Positions 38,019 through 47,602 of a DNA stretch of 64,000 bases are shown one piece after another (positions within the stretch are counted from its first letter, which is position 1; each line of letters opens with the position of its first letter). The notes under the pieces were generated by a model. The model ran no database searches. It was given only the letters and a program-made list of their open reading frames with translations, and was not told where the DNA came from. Origin of the DNA: Candidatus Entotheonellaceae bacterium (GTDB lineage Bacteria > Tectomicrobia > Entotheonellia > Entotheonellales > Entotheonellaceae); assembly GCA_965238075.1 (NCBI GenBank), contig OZ250173.1:3072001-3136000 (forward strand), given 5' to 3'. Position numbers and translations under genes: made by a program.

Positions 38019-40664
38019 TCAACTGCCGCAACACCTTTTGTACTTCTTTCCACTGCCGCACGGACAGGCGGAATTCCGTCCCACCTTTTCGCCTTGGCGC
38101 CGTACGGTTTTTGCTACGGCGGTTTCGCCACCGTCGCCCAGTGCGCCGCGATGTTCGACGTTTCGCGGGGAATGGGGCCGCTGGTGAGCGACCGGCACGC
38201 TCTCAGCGCTCGCCAATTCAACCTTGAATAGATATTCAACCACATCATTCTTGATGCGGTCCGTCATGTCGACAAACATTTCAAATGCTTCACGCTTGTA
38301 CTCATTCAAAGGATTTTTCTGCGCGTAACCTCGCAAGCCAATGCCTTCCTTCAAGTGGTCCATGGCCAGCAAATGGTCTTTCCAATGCTTGTCGATGACC
38401 TGCAGGACGATGAAGCGCTCCAGAGCTCTAAACGGCTCCGTGCTCGCTTCCGTTAGTTTGGCCTCGTAACTGGCGTCCAGATGTTCGCGAAGGTGTTCGA
38501 GAAGCTCTAAACGCCCGAAGTCTGCGAGGCTCGCCGGCGTCAAAGGCATTTGCACCCCATAGCGCTGGCGTACAGCATCCACAAGACCTGGGATATCCCA
38601 ATCATCGGCATAAGCTTCAGGGTCGATATGGATGTCGAAAATGTCCTGCAGCACCTCGCCGGACATCTCAACGACCAGGGCGTGGATGTCGTCCGTTTCC
38701 AGCACTTCGCGGCGCTGGTTGTAGATGACCTCACGTTGTTTGGTCATCACGTCATCGTATTCCAGAAGATGCTTGCGGATGTCGAAATTGTGGGCTTCGA
38801 CCTTGCGCTGGGCGTTTTCAATGGCTCGGGTGATCATGCGGTGTTCAATGGGTTCGCCTGCCTCCATACCCAACTTCGCCATTACGCCAGATATGCGTTC
38901 CGAACCGAAAATCCGGAGCAGATCATCCTCCAACGACAGGTAAAAGCGAGAAGATCCCGGGTCGCCCTGACGCCCCGAACGCCCGCGAAGCTGGTTGTCA
39001 ATACGGCGGGCCTCATGGCGTTCGGTGCCCAGAATGTGGAGCCCCCCACAGGCAACCACTTCCTTATGCTCCGTGGCGCACTGCGAACGCATTTTGGCGA
39101 GCTGTGCCGGGTACTCCGGATCGTTGATCTCGAGCTTGCAGGCTTGGCGCGCCAGAAATTCGGGGTTGCCGCCCAATAAAATGTCGGTACCGCGCCCGGC
39201 CATATTGGTAGAAATGGTCACGGCGCTCTTACGCCCAGCCTGAGCCACGATCTCCGCCTCTCGCTCATGGTTCTTGGCGTTGAGAACATTGTGCGAAATG
39301 CCGCGACGTTTGAGGTGGGTGCTCAACGCTTCCGACTTTTCGATGGAAATGGTTCCCACCAGGACAGGTTGTCCCTTGTCGTGGAGCGCTTGGATTTCTT
39401 CGCTGACAGCCTGAAGTTTCTCCGCCTCGGTGCGGTAGATGACATCCGGATACTCAAGCCGAAGCAGTTCGCGATTCGTCGGTATGACGGCGACGTCCAG
39501 TTTGTAGATCGTGTGAAACTCGACGGCTTCGGTATCAGCCGTCCCCGTCATGCCGGCCAATTTGTTGTACATACGGAAATAGTTCTGGAAGGTAATCGAG
39601 GCGAGGGTCTGGTTTTCATTAGCGACTTTTTGACGTTCCTTGGCTTCCAAGGCTTGGTGCAGCCCGTCGCTGTAGCGCCGCCCGGGCATGAGCCGTCCGG
39701 TAAACTCGTCAACGATAATGACCTCGCCATCCTTGACGACGTAATCGACGTCGTGCTTGAACAGGACGTGTGCTTTGAGGGCTTGGTTCACATGGTGCAG
39801 GGCTTCGATATTGCCGGGGTCGTAGAGATTGTCGACGCCTAGGAGTTGTTCCGCGGTTGCCACGCCTTCCTCGGTCAGAGCCACTGAGCGCGTCTTTTCG
39901 TCGAGCGTGTAATGGGGATCTTGCTTCAAACGAGGGATAATGCGGTTGATGCGATAGTATTTGTCGGTGGATTCCTCGGTAGGGCCGGAAATAATCAGCG
40001 GGGTGCGGGCCTCGTCAATAAGAATGCTGTCCACTTCATCAACGATGGCGTAGTGCAACGATCTCTGGACAAATTCGCTCTGGCTGAACTTCATGTTGTC
40101 ACGCAGATAATCGAAGCCAAACTCATTGTTGGTGCCGTAGGCGACATCCGCTCGGTAAGCGTTGTGCCGCGCCTTGTCGTCCATGTCATGTTGAATGATG
40201 CCGACGGAGAGCCCAAGGGCTTGGTACAGTGGCCCCATCCATTCGGCGTCTCGCCGCGCGAGGTAATCATTGACCGTCACGACATGCACACCTTGACCAA
40301 CGAGGCTGTTCAGGTACACCGGCAGCGTTGCGACCAGGGTTTTGCCTTCCCCCGTTTTCATCTCCGCGATGCTGCCTTCGTGCAGCATCATGCCCCCGAG
40401 GAGTTGCACGTCGAAATGACGCATGTTGAGCAGACGTTTGGAGACTTCCCGCACGACGGCAAAGGCTCCGGGGAGCAAGCTGTCGAGGGGGGCTCCATTG
40501 GCCAGCTGCTCCCGGAAGGTATTGGTCCGTCCACGCAGGTCGTCGAGTGTCAAGTTGGAGAGAGATGACTCGTGTTGGTTGATTTGCTCTACTCTGGGCT
40601 GCAGCCGTTTCAGTTCCCGCTCGTTTTTGCTGCCAAATACTTTGTGTAATACCGTCTCTAACAT
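38019..40664 (-). CDS. secA: Preprotein translocase SecA
   Basis: [57 protein letters not shown]. Confidence 0.98.
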   Translation of the reverse strand: MLETVLHKVFGSKNERELKRLQPRVEQINQHESSLSNLTLDDLRGRTNTFREQLANGAPLDSLLPGAFAVVREVSKRLLNMRHFDVQLLGGMMLHEGSIAEMKTGEGKTLVATLPVYLNSLVGQGVHVVTVNDYLARRDAEWMGPLYQALGLSVGIIQHDMDDKARHNAYRADVAYGTNNEFGFDYLRDNMKFSQSEFVQRSLHYAIVDEVDSILIDEARTPLIISGPTEESTDKYYRINRIIPRLKQDPHYTLDEKTRSVALTEEGVATAEQLLGVDNLYDPGNIEALHHVNQALKAHVLFKHDVDYVVKDGEVIIVDEFTGRLMPGRRYSDGLHQALEAKERQKVANENQTLASITFQNYFRMYNKLAGMTGTADTEAVEFHTIYKLDVAVIPTNRELLRLEYPDVIYRTEAEKLQAVSEEIQALHDKGQPVLVGTISIEKSEALSTHLKRRGISHNVLNAKNHEREAEIVAQAGRKSAVTISTNMAGRGTDILLGGNPEFLARQACKLEINDPEYPAQLAKMRSQCATEHKEVVACGGLHILGTERHEARRIDNQLRGRSGRQGDPGSSRFYLSLEDDLLRIFGSERISGVMAKLGMEAGEPIEHRMITRAIENAQRKVEAHNFDIRKHLLEYDDVMTKQREVIYNQRREVLETDDIHALVVEMSGEVLQDIFDIHIDPEAYADDWDIPGLVDAVRQRYGVQMPLTPASLADFGRLELLEHLREHLDASYEAKLTEASTEPFRALERFIVLQVIDKHWKDHLLAMDHLKEGIGLRGYAQKNPLNEYKREAFEMFVDMTDRIKNDVVEYLFKVELASAESVPVAHQRPHSPRNVEHRGALGDGGETAVAKTVRRQGEKVGRNSACPCGSGKKYKRCCGS

Positions 40665-41014
40665 GGTCGCATCCTATTGCCAGAGTGGATTTCATTTGAC
40701 GTATGACGAGTATAGCAGATACACCGATTACGCCGGTATCACGACAAGTTATGATTGGGCGAGGGAAATCTTGGTGACCAGCGATTTACGTGGCCGAAAA
40801 TTGGCACACGCGGTCATGCTGGTCAGCGCGGTGCGTGTAAGTCGTTTTCCGTGCTGATGGAGGAAGCGCCGCCCGAAGTGGGCGTGCGCCCAGCGACTTT
40901 GATGAATGCTATGGACTCACGGGACATGGGACTGCACGCCCTGGCCGCCCAACGGCACATTTTGAGTTTGGCACAACAAGCCATCAGTTTTCCTCTGTCC
41001 TATTGAAGCCTTGC

Positions 41015-41043
41015 TTGACAAAGGCACAGGGCCTCAGTATATT
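41015..41043 (+). promoter_or_regulatory. Sigma70-type promoter upstream of the DUF151 and Rieske genes
   Basis: TTGACA-17 bp-TATATT. Confidence 0.7.
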
Positions 41044-41131
41044 AACCAAAATCTCGGCAAGTGAAGCGTTTATAGAGGGTTAGAGGCTAGCGAAAGCGGT
41101 GGAGCGGTGCTTTCGCGTAAGGAGAAAACGC

Positions 41132-41614
41132 ATGCTTGAGATGAAAGTGCGTGGACTTACACTAGACCCGCTATCGAACATGGCGTTGGTTATCCTTCGC
41201 GACCTTGAAGATACTAAAGCATTACCTATTTGGGTTGGTATCCCCGAAGCTAACGCAATTGCCCTGGAGCTTGAACAGGTTCCGACTCCCCGCCCCATGA
41301 CCCATGATCTAATAAAGAATATCCTTGAAGGTATCCATGCTTCTGTCATACGGATTGTTGTTAATGACCTGCGAGACAGTACATTTTATGCAACGATCTT
41401 TCTATCGTTGCAAGAACAGGAAGTCTGCATTGACGCCAGGCCGAGTGATGCAATAGCAATTGCGCTTCGCGCGAAAGCCCCAATTTATGTTGCTTTGGAC
41501 GTTATAGAACGTGTTGGAAGCATTGATGTAAGCACACAAAATATTGCCGAAGATACTGAAGGCTTGAAAGAATGGCTCGACAACATTAAACCTGAAGACT
41601 TCGGCAAGTTGTAG
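41132..41614 (+). CDS. Bifunctional nuclease family protein (DUF151)
   Basis: LPIWVGIPEANAI, RPMTHDL, TFYA, DARPSDAIAIALR; AAGGAG SD. Confidence 0.92.
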   Translation: MLEMKVRGLTLDPLSNMALVILRDLEDTKALPIWVGIPEANAIALELEQVPTPRPMTHDLIKNILEGIHASVIRIVVNDLRDSTFYATIFLSLQEQEVCIDARPSDAIAIALRAKAPIYVALDVIERVGSIDVSTQNIAEDTEGLKEWLDNIKPEDFGKL

Positions 41615-41737
41615 TTCTTCCATAGCGGTCCTTTGTTTCAGCAATGCAATCCTCACGAATCGAGAGAGATGTATCTGTAACGTATAGTCTTGTCAGAAAT
41701 TTGTTCGCAATAATATGCAGTAAGGAGAGCAAAGTTC

Positions 41738-42253
41738 ATGGCCAGAGCGGCGGAGGCCTTATCAGCGGAGGAGCGGGGAACTAGGCGGCGTCTACTGAGT
41801 TTCTTGGGCTGGGGGAGCTTCGCTTCATTTTGTGGCGGTGTCACGGTCGGGTCGTTACGGTTTTTCTTCCCGAGGATTCTCTACGAACCTCCACAACAAT
41901 TTATAGCAGGCAAGCCGGAGGATTATCAGATCGGTGAAGTCAGCACCCGAATGAAAAAAGAACAGCGTGTCTGGATGATTCGTGATCAAAAGGGAATCTA
42001 TGCCCTTATATCCATCTGTACTCATCTTGGCTGTACGCCGATCTGGCACTCGACGGAGAATCGTATCAAATGCCCGTGCCACGGAAGCAATTTCCTGGTA
42101 GACGGGCAGAATGTTGCCGGTCCCGCGCCAAGCCCGCTTTTTCGGGCTGCCATTTCTCTGGACTTGGCTGGGAATATCATGGTGGACAAGAGCCAGCAGG
42201 AAAACCAGCCTGGAAAGCGTGATGAGCCACCTTTTATCCTTCCTTTGTCGTAG
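41738..42253 (+). CDS. Rieske iron-sulfur subunit of a Rieske/cytochrome b complex
   Basis: Tat-like RRRLL plus TM helix; CTHLGC and CPCHGS; GPAPSPL. Confidence 0.93.
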   Translation: MARAAEALSAEERGTRRRLLSFLGWGSFASFCGGVTVGSLRFFFPRILYEPPQQFIAGKPEDYQIGEVSTRMKKEQRVWMIRDQKGIYALISICTHLGCTPIWHSTENRIKCPCHGSNFLVDGQNVAGPAPSPLFRAAISLDLAGNIMVDKSQQENQPGKRDEPPFILPLS

Positions 42254-42426
42254 GACATTAGGTATTAGACCAAACAACGATCAATAATGCCATGCTCTCG
42301 CAGCGCATGGATTGTCGCCGTGTGCTGGTGTGCTCGAGAAGTATATCTTGTCTGAGACAAGATTGTTTCGTAACGTTTGTTCTGCCCCGGTAACTGTTAA
42401 CATCCGTGCGATCAAAGGAATGGTTT

Positions 42427-43212
42427 ATGGCAAACCTGAGCCTGAAAAATGTCCCGCAGGCTATTGTTGAAAGCCAAATATGGAAATCGATCTTTCGACA
42501 CGGCTATACGATGAACCGTCGGAATCGTTTATTGGCAATCACAAACAATGTCTTCTATCATATCCTTCCGACGAAAATCAGCAAATATGGCGTGCGGATG
42601 CGCTTCCACTGGGGTGCCGGAATTATTACGTTTTACCTTTTCTTAATACTGACTTTTACTGGCGTCTTGTTGATGTTTTATTATGTTCCGACCGTGCCCC
42701 GCGCCTACTATGACATGAAAGACTTGCAGCATGTGGTGCCGTTTGGAAACATTCTCCGTAATATGCATCGGTATGGCGCGCACGCCATGGTCTTTATGGT
42801 TATGGTTCACATGGCGCGCACGTTTTATACGAGTTCCTACAAGCCGCCACGCGAATTCAATTGGGTCGTAGGCGTTATTCTCCTCAATTTCACCTTCCTC
42901 CTAAGCTTTAGCGGATATCTGTTGCCCTGGGACCAATTGGCGATTTGGGCAGTGACGGTCGGAACCAATATGGCGCGGGCGACACCCCTTATCGGGCATG
43001 AAGGGCCTTTTGCCAACGTTCTTGGAATGAAGATCAACAATGACATCCGTTTTGCCTTGCTTGGCGGCACTACCGTGGGTTCCGCGACCTTATTACGTTT
43101 CTATGTGCTGCACTGTATTGGCTTCCCGATTATCTTGACCGTCTTTATTGTGGTTCACTTTTGGCGTGTACGTCGCGACGGTTTTTCGGGCGACGTGCCG
43201 GTTCGAGAGTAA
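42427..43212 (+). CDS. Cytochrome b6-like (N-terminal, heme-binding) subunit
   Basis: [47 protein letters not shown]. Confidence 0.93.
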   Translation: MANLSLKNVPQAIVESQIWKSIFRHGYTMNRRNRLLAITNNVFYHILPTKISKYGVRMRFHWGAGIITFYLFLILTFTGVLLMFYYVPTVPRAYYDMKDLQHVVPFGNILRNMHRYGAHAMVFMVMVHMARTFYTSSYKPPREFNWVVGVILLNFTFLLSFSGYLLPWDQLAIWAVTVGTNMARATPLIGHEGPFANVLGMKINNDIRFALLGGTTVGSATLLRFYVLHCIGFPIILTVFIVVHFWRVRRDGFSGDVPVRE

Positions 43213-43275
43213 TGCGCCAGGTCCAGCAAGACAGGCAGGAAATTGGTCGTTTTGCGCAGATAATAAGGTGAGGTT

Positions 43276-44100
43276 ATGGCAACTACCGAAAAAAGCGGGA
43301 AGACTGAACAGGCCACAAGAAGGGCAGCTCGAGCGGTGCCGACGGCCAGTTCGGAGAGGTTTGAGCTGACGTGGCCGTACTTCATGTACACGATCGTCAT
43401 CTGTTTCCTTTTAACGACGATCGTCCTGTGGGTTTGGTCCATGGTCGCCCCGGCGCCATTGGAGCCGATTGCCGACCCCAACAGGACGCCCAATCCCTCC
43501 AAGGCGCCTTGGTATTTTGTGGGGTTGCAGGAACTGCTGGTTTACTTCGATCCATGGATAGCGGGCGTGGCGCTGCCGGGTCTTATTCTCGGTGGTCTCA
43601 TGGCCATTCCTTATATCGACAAGAACACCCATGGTATTGGCGAGTATAACTATAAGGATCGAAAGTTCGCGGTGTGGGTGTTTTCCTTGGGAACGGTGTT
43701 TTGGTTCCTTATGATTATTATCGGATATTTCTTTCGCGGACCCAGTTGGCAGTGGTATTGGCCCTGGGAGAGTTGGGAAATCCACAAAGAATCCAACGTC
43801 GTTACCCATAGCTGGAGTCTACTTGTGGGCTCACTCTTCTTAATTGGTTACACCGCTATTGGTCTCATTATCCCTGTGGTGATTCCCTACTTGATCGGCC
43901 CAAGAGTCAAACCCGCTTCTTGGATTAAGAAGTTCTGTGACGCGCTGCAAGAATTCTACGAGAAGCGTGGTGCAATCATTTATACGATTGAAATGCTGTT
44001 GCTACTTGCCATGCTCGGCATCCCGGTTAAGATGATTCTGCGGCTGTTTTTCAACGTCAAATATATCCTGGAAATCCCTGCGATTAATCTAAATATCTAG
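43276..44100 (+). CDS. Cytochrome b subunit IV-like (C-terminal) subunit
   Basis: APLEPIADP..TPNPSKAPWYF, IPYIDKN, extra C-terminal TM helices. Confidence 0.85.
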   Translation: MATTEKSGKTEQATRRAARAVPTASSERFELTWPYFMYTIVICFLLTTIVLWVWSMVAPAPLEPIADPNRTPNPSKAPWYFVGLQELLVYFDPWIAGVALPGLILGGLMAIPYIDKNTHGIGEYNYKDRKFAVWVFSLGTVFWFLMIIIGYFFRGPSWQWYWPWESWEIHKESNVVTHSWSLLVGSLFLIGYTAIGLIIPVVIPYLIGPRVKPASWIKKFCDALQEFYEKRGAIIYTIEMLLLLAMLGIPVKMILRLFFNVKYILEIPAINLNI

Positions 44101-44189
44101 CCAGCTTCCGTATTGATCTGTCCGGAGTGAGGCAGAGCTTTGTTTGACGTCCGATAAAGGCAAGTGCGTAGTTTGGAAAGGAAAACGTC

Positions 44190-45509
44190 ATGGCAGAAAA
44201 GAAGGTTAAGCTGTTTAGCAACACCTTCATGGCTGCAGCGTTTGCTCTTGGTAATTTTGCATTGCTATTGCTGCTGATGTGGACAGTAACGTATGAGTAT
44301 GGGCCGGAGTGGAAGAAGTACCAGCGTCAGTATTATCGTTTGTTGTCGGAACGGACAGATGATGTCGAAGCCAGACAAAGAATCCTTTCTACACCTCTCG
44401 AGATAAAGCAGGTGTGGACACCTAAGTTGGAAATCATTGACCGCTGCATGACCTGTCACCTTGGTGTCAAGAATCCCAAGATGATTGACGTGCCTCAACC
44501 TTTCCGAGTCCATCCCGACTTCCAGCAGCACGCCTTTAATGAAATTGGATGCGCCGTTTGCCATGAAGGGCAGGGGTTCTCTACAACCGTGCATGCGGCT
44601 CACGTTATGGAAGACCTTGAGGCACGTTTTGGTCCCTTCGATGAGCAGCACTCGGGCTGGAGCCGACCCATGCTGCCATTGGAGTACACCCAGGCTTCAT
44701 GTCAAAAATGTCACAATGTGATGGAGGCACCCATCCCCGGCGCCGAACACCTCAACATGGGTTGGCAGCTGGTGCAAGAGAAGGGCTGCCGAACGTGCCA
44801 TTACATCGTTGACGGCGGTGCGAAGCAGGCGCCCGAACTCAGCATCGCAGGCTCGACCTTCTTCAATGAATCCGGCCATTCTGAGTTGTTCCGCCACCGA
44901 CGTTTTGGCTACCTCAAGGAATCTCTCCGTTGCCCGCAGGCGAATCTCAGCCACGTGGCCGCCGAGGCCTGCCCGGACCCGCCACCTGTGACCCCTCCAG
45001 ACAGCACGTCTGCGAACGGCGACGGTGGTGCGACGCCTGCTGTTACAGCGGTTGTTGCGATGCCCAACTTTGGGCTTGATGATGATGAGCTGCGGAACGT
45101 GGTCATTTTCCTCTTGAGCTTGAAAGAGGCGACGGTGACTTGGCCTCAGAAGTCTTTTGCTGAGATCGCTGAGGGTAACGGACAAGCCGCCGCAAGCGAT
45201 GTGCCTGCCTGGGCTGGAAAGAGCGGCGCGGAGTTGGTGCAAGCTGCCGGATGTATTGCCTGTCACAAGTTCGATGGCCCGGAACGCATGGTGGGCCCGA
45301 GTTTGTGGGATATTGGAGTGAGGAAAGACAAAGGTTACATTCGGGAATCGATTCTTGAGCCTGACAAAGTGATTGCCGCCGGCGATCCCCCATACGCTCC
45401 GGGGGTCATGCAGGCAACGCTGACCAGCGTGGGTTTTTATCAGCACATAACTCTGGAAGCATTGGAGAGTATCGTCGAATATCTCGCCAGCCTGAACGGC
45501 GAAACCTAG
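44190..45509 (+). CDS. Membrane-anchored pentaheme cytochrome c
   Basis: N-terminal TM; CMTCH, CAVCH, CQKCH, CRTCH, CIACH. Confidence 0.9.
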   Translation: MAEKKVKLFSNTFMAAAFALGNFALLLLLMWTVTYEYGPEWKKYQRQYYRLLSERTDDVEARQRILSTPLEIKQVWTPKLEIIDRCMTCHLGVKNPKMIDVPQPFRVHPDFQQHAFNEIGCAVCHEGQGFSTTVHAAHVMEDLEARFGPFDEQHSGWSRPMLPLEYTQASCQKCHNVMEAPIPGAEHLNMGWQLVQEKGCRTCHYIVDGGAKQAPELSIAGSTFFNESGHSELFRHRRFGYLKESLRCPQANLSHVAAEACPDPPPVTPPDSTSANGDGGATPAVTAVVAMPNFGLDDDELRNVVIFLLSLKEATVTWPQKSFAEIAEGNGQAAASDVPAWAGKSGAELVQAAGCIACHKFDGPERMVGPSLWDIGVRKDKGYIRESILEPDKVIAAGDPPYAPGVMQATLTSVGFYQHITLEALESIVEYLASLNGET

Positions 45510-45663
45510 GGAGAAACACTGTTCAGGGAGATATCATACATCGACCAAGGGTTTCCGCATCGGGCGTTCGAGGAGCCCGATGCATAAGTGGCAACAGGTT
45601 GCCGCGGTTGCTCCGGTGGTTTGGAGCTGCTTCATCGTTAAGTAAAGAGAGGAGAAAGTTGTT

Positions 45664-45894
45664 ATGGCTGACGTTGTCAATCTCGGACATCTCGCAGCGG
45701 GTTTTGGAGCGGGTGCGGTAACGGTTGGTGCAGGTTACGGCATTGGCCGCATTGCCGGGGCAGCCATGGAAGGCAGCGCACGCAACCCGCAGGCGGCAGG
45801 CGATGTGCGGACTTCGATGATTATCGCGTGCGCTTTGATCGAAGGTGTGGCGCTCTTCGGTGAAGTCATTTGTCTCCTTTTAGCTCTCAAGTAA
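45664..45894 (+). CDS. atpE: ATP synthase Fo subunit c
   Basis: GAGAVTVGAGYGIG glycine zipper, ARNP loop, LIEG carboxylate; GAGGAG SD. Confidence 0.95.
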   Translation: MADVVNLGHLAAGFGAGAVTVGAGYGIGRIAGAAMEGSARNPQAAGDVRTSMIIACALIEGVALFGEVICLLLALK

Positions 45895-45903
45895 GTACAC
45901 ATC

Positions 45904-46398
45904 ATGCTAACGATAGAACCCGGGCTATTAATCTGGACCATCATTACGTTCGTCATTCTGTTGGCCGTGCTGGGCAAGTTAGCCTGGAAGCCGTTGCTTG
46001 GGGCTTTGGAACAACGCGAGACGACGATACGCGAGTCGCTGGAAAAAGCTGAGCAGGCGCGTCTTGAAGCAGAGCAATTGATGGCTCAGAACCAGCAGAT
46101 TCTAGCTGAGGCGAACCGGCAGGCGAACCGTATTCTCGCGCAGGCGCAGGAGGAGGGCCAACGCCTCCGTGATTCTCTTGCTGAGCAGGCGCGTCAGGAT
46201 TCCCTACGCCTTCGGGAAGAGACCCGCCAGGAGCTTGCAAGGGAGAGGCAGCTTGCCGTGCAGGATCTGAAACGAACTGCCAGTGACTTGGCTCTCGCTG
46301 CTACGGAACGACTTCTGAGTACGGTTGTATCCAGTGATGATCATCGCCGTTTGGTCGACGAGTTCCTGGATCGCTTTCCCGACGGCCTAGATGGCTAA
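45904..46398 (+). CDS. atpF: ATP synthase Fo subunit b
   Basis: PGLLIWTIITF..LAWKPLL..R..I..L..AE coiled coil. Confidence 0.93.
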   Translation: MLTIEPGLLIWTIITFVILLAVLGKLAWKPLLGALEQRETTIRESLEKAEQARLEAEQLMAQNQQILAEANRQANRILAQAQEEGQRLRDSLAEQARQDSLRLREETRQELARERQLAVQDLKRTASDLALAATERLLSTVVSSDDHRRLVDEFLDRFPDGLDG

Positions 46399-46440
46399 AA
46401 CCCATATCGTCGCGCTGTTTGCGATGACCCCTGTTCTGCC

Positions 46441-46494
46441 AAACGGCGGGTGAAGGACGTAACTCCCCGTAGAGTTGTCCTATTCCCGCCGTTT
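46441..46494. terminator. Long imperfect hairpin downstream of atpF (terminator-like or structured RNA)
   Basis: AAACGGCGGG..AGGAC..AACTC / GAGTT GTCCT..CCCGCCGTTT. Confidence 0.45.
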
Positions 46495-46668
46495 CCTTCA
46501 GTACGCAATACGCCTACCTCGTTCGTTTTTCCTGACCCTTCATAGAAGTCATAATCCATTGTCACGACGTTTCCAATGTGCTTCTTGCTGGGGCACTTTC
46601 GTTGCAGGCAGGTATGCGTTATGCTCTGCTGACACGTGAGAGTTGCGTTTATCCAGGGGAGTCCATAT

Positions 46669-47592
46669 ATGCCTTCTTCCCTCCGCGAGAAGGGATCAGC
46701 ATTATTTGAACATCACCTCGACAGGCTGCAGCAATATCTTATCGTCGAGAAAGGTCTTTCGCGTAACACCCTCGCCGCCTATCTCTCGGATTTACAACGT
46801 TTCAAGGACTTCGTTCAACAAGAACGCCTCCCTGCCTTCCAGGACCTCACGCCTGACCACATCACTGGCTATCTTGCAAAGCGCCGACAGCAAGGGGTTG
46901 CCGCGCGCACCTTGGCGCGCGAACTGGTTTCCATCAAAACGCTGTATCGCTTCCTCCGAGAGGAGGGGACTCTGGCGGTTGATCCCACCGAGCAGATATC
47001 CACGCCGCAGCAAAGACAAGTTCTCCCTGACGTGCTCAGCCTGGACGAAGTCGAACAGCTTCTCGAGGCGCCTGATACGGACACGTCTTTGGGTAAGCGC
47101 GACGCCGCCATGCTCGAAGTTCTCTACGCTACCGGCTTGCGGGTTAGTGAATTGGTGGAATTGCACCTTGGGGATGTACACGCCATAACCGGTTACATAA
47201 AGGTGCGCGGCAAGGGTGGAAAAGAACGCCTGGTGCCCATGGGAGAGGTGGCGGCATGGCGAGTGGAAGATTATGTGTTGGCAGGACGCCCCGAGCTCGC
47301 CAAAGGCCGCCAAGCCGCGGCCCTTTTCATCAACCGTTCTGCCCGCGGGTTGACCCGGCAGGCGTTATGGAAGATCGTGAAGAAGTACGTGCAGCAGGCG
47401 GCAATTCATAAATCCATAAGCCCTCATACCCTGCGCCATTCCTTCGCAACGCATCTCCTTGCGGGTGGAGCCGACCTGCGGTCGCTTCAGCATATGCTGG
47501 GTCATGTCGATATTTCGACCACTCAGATATATACCCATGTTGTGCAGCATCGCCTGCGGGCAGTCTATACGGAGCATCATCCCCGTCCATAG
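46669..47592 (+). CDS. xerD: Tyrosine recombinase XerD
   Basis: EKGLSRNTLAAY, LYATGLRVSEL, GKGGKERLVP, SPHTLRHSFATHLL, LGHVDISTTQIYTHV. Confidence 0.93.
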   Translation: MPSSLREKGSALFEHHLDRLQQYLIVEKGLSRNTLAAYLSDLQRFKDFVQQERLPAFQDLTPDHITGYLAKRRQQGVAARTLARELVSIKTLYRFLREEGTLAVDPTEQISTPQQRQVLPDVLSLDEVEQLLEAPDTDTSLGKRDAAMLEVLYATGLRVSELVELHLGDVHAITGYIKVRGKGGKERLVPMGEVAAWRVEDYVLAGRPELAKGRQAAALFINRSARGLTRQALWKIVKKYVQQAAIHKSISPHTLRHSFATHLLAGGADLRSLQHMLGHVDISTTQIYTHVVQHRLRAVYTEHHPRP

Positions 47593-47602
47593 GATCAGGC
47601 GT

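Noticed and set aside
40800-40985. Sigma54 promoters at TTGGCAC sites, and a group II intron-like GTGCG start near 40884
   Set aside because: No TTGC at the correct spacing, and no intron domain V or RT ORF.
46669-47592. Tyrosine recombinase as a phage or island integrase
   Set aside because: Motifs and core-gene context (next to glnD) fit chromosomal XerD, and there is no mobile cargo.
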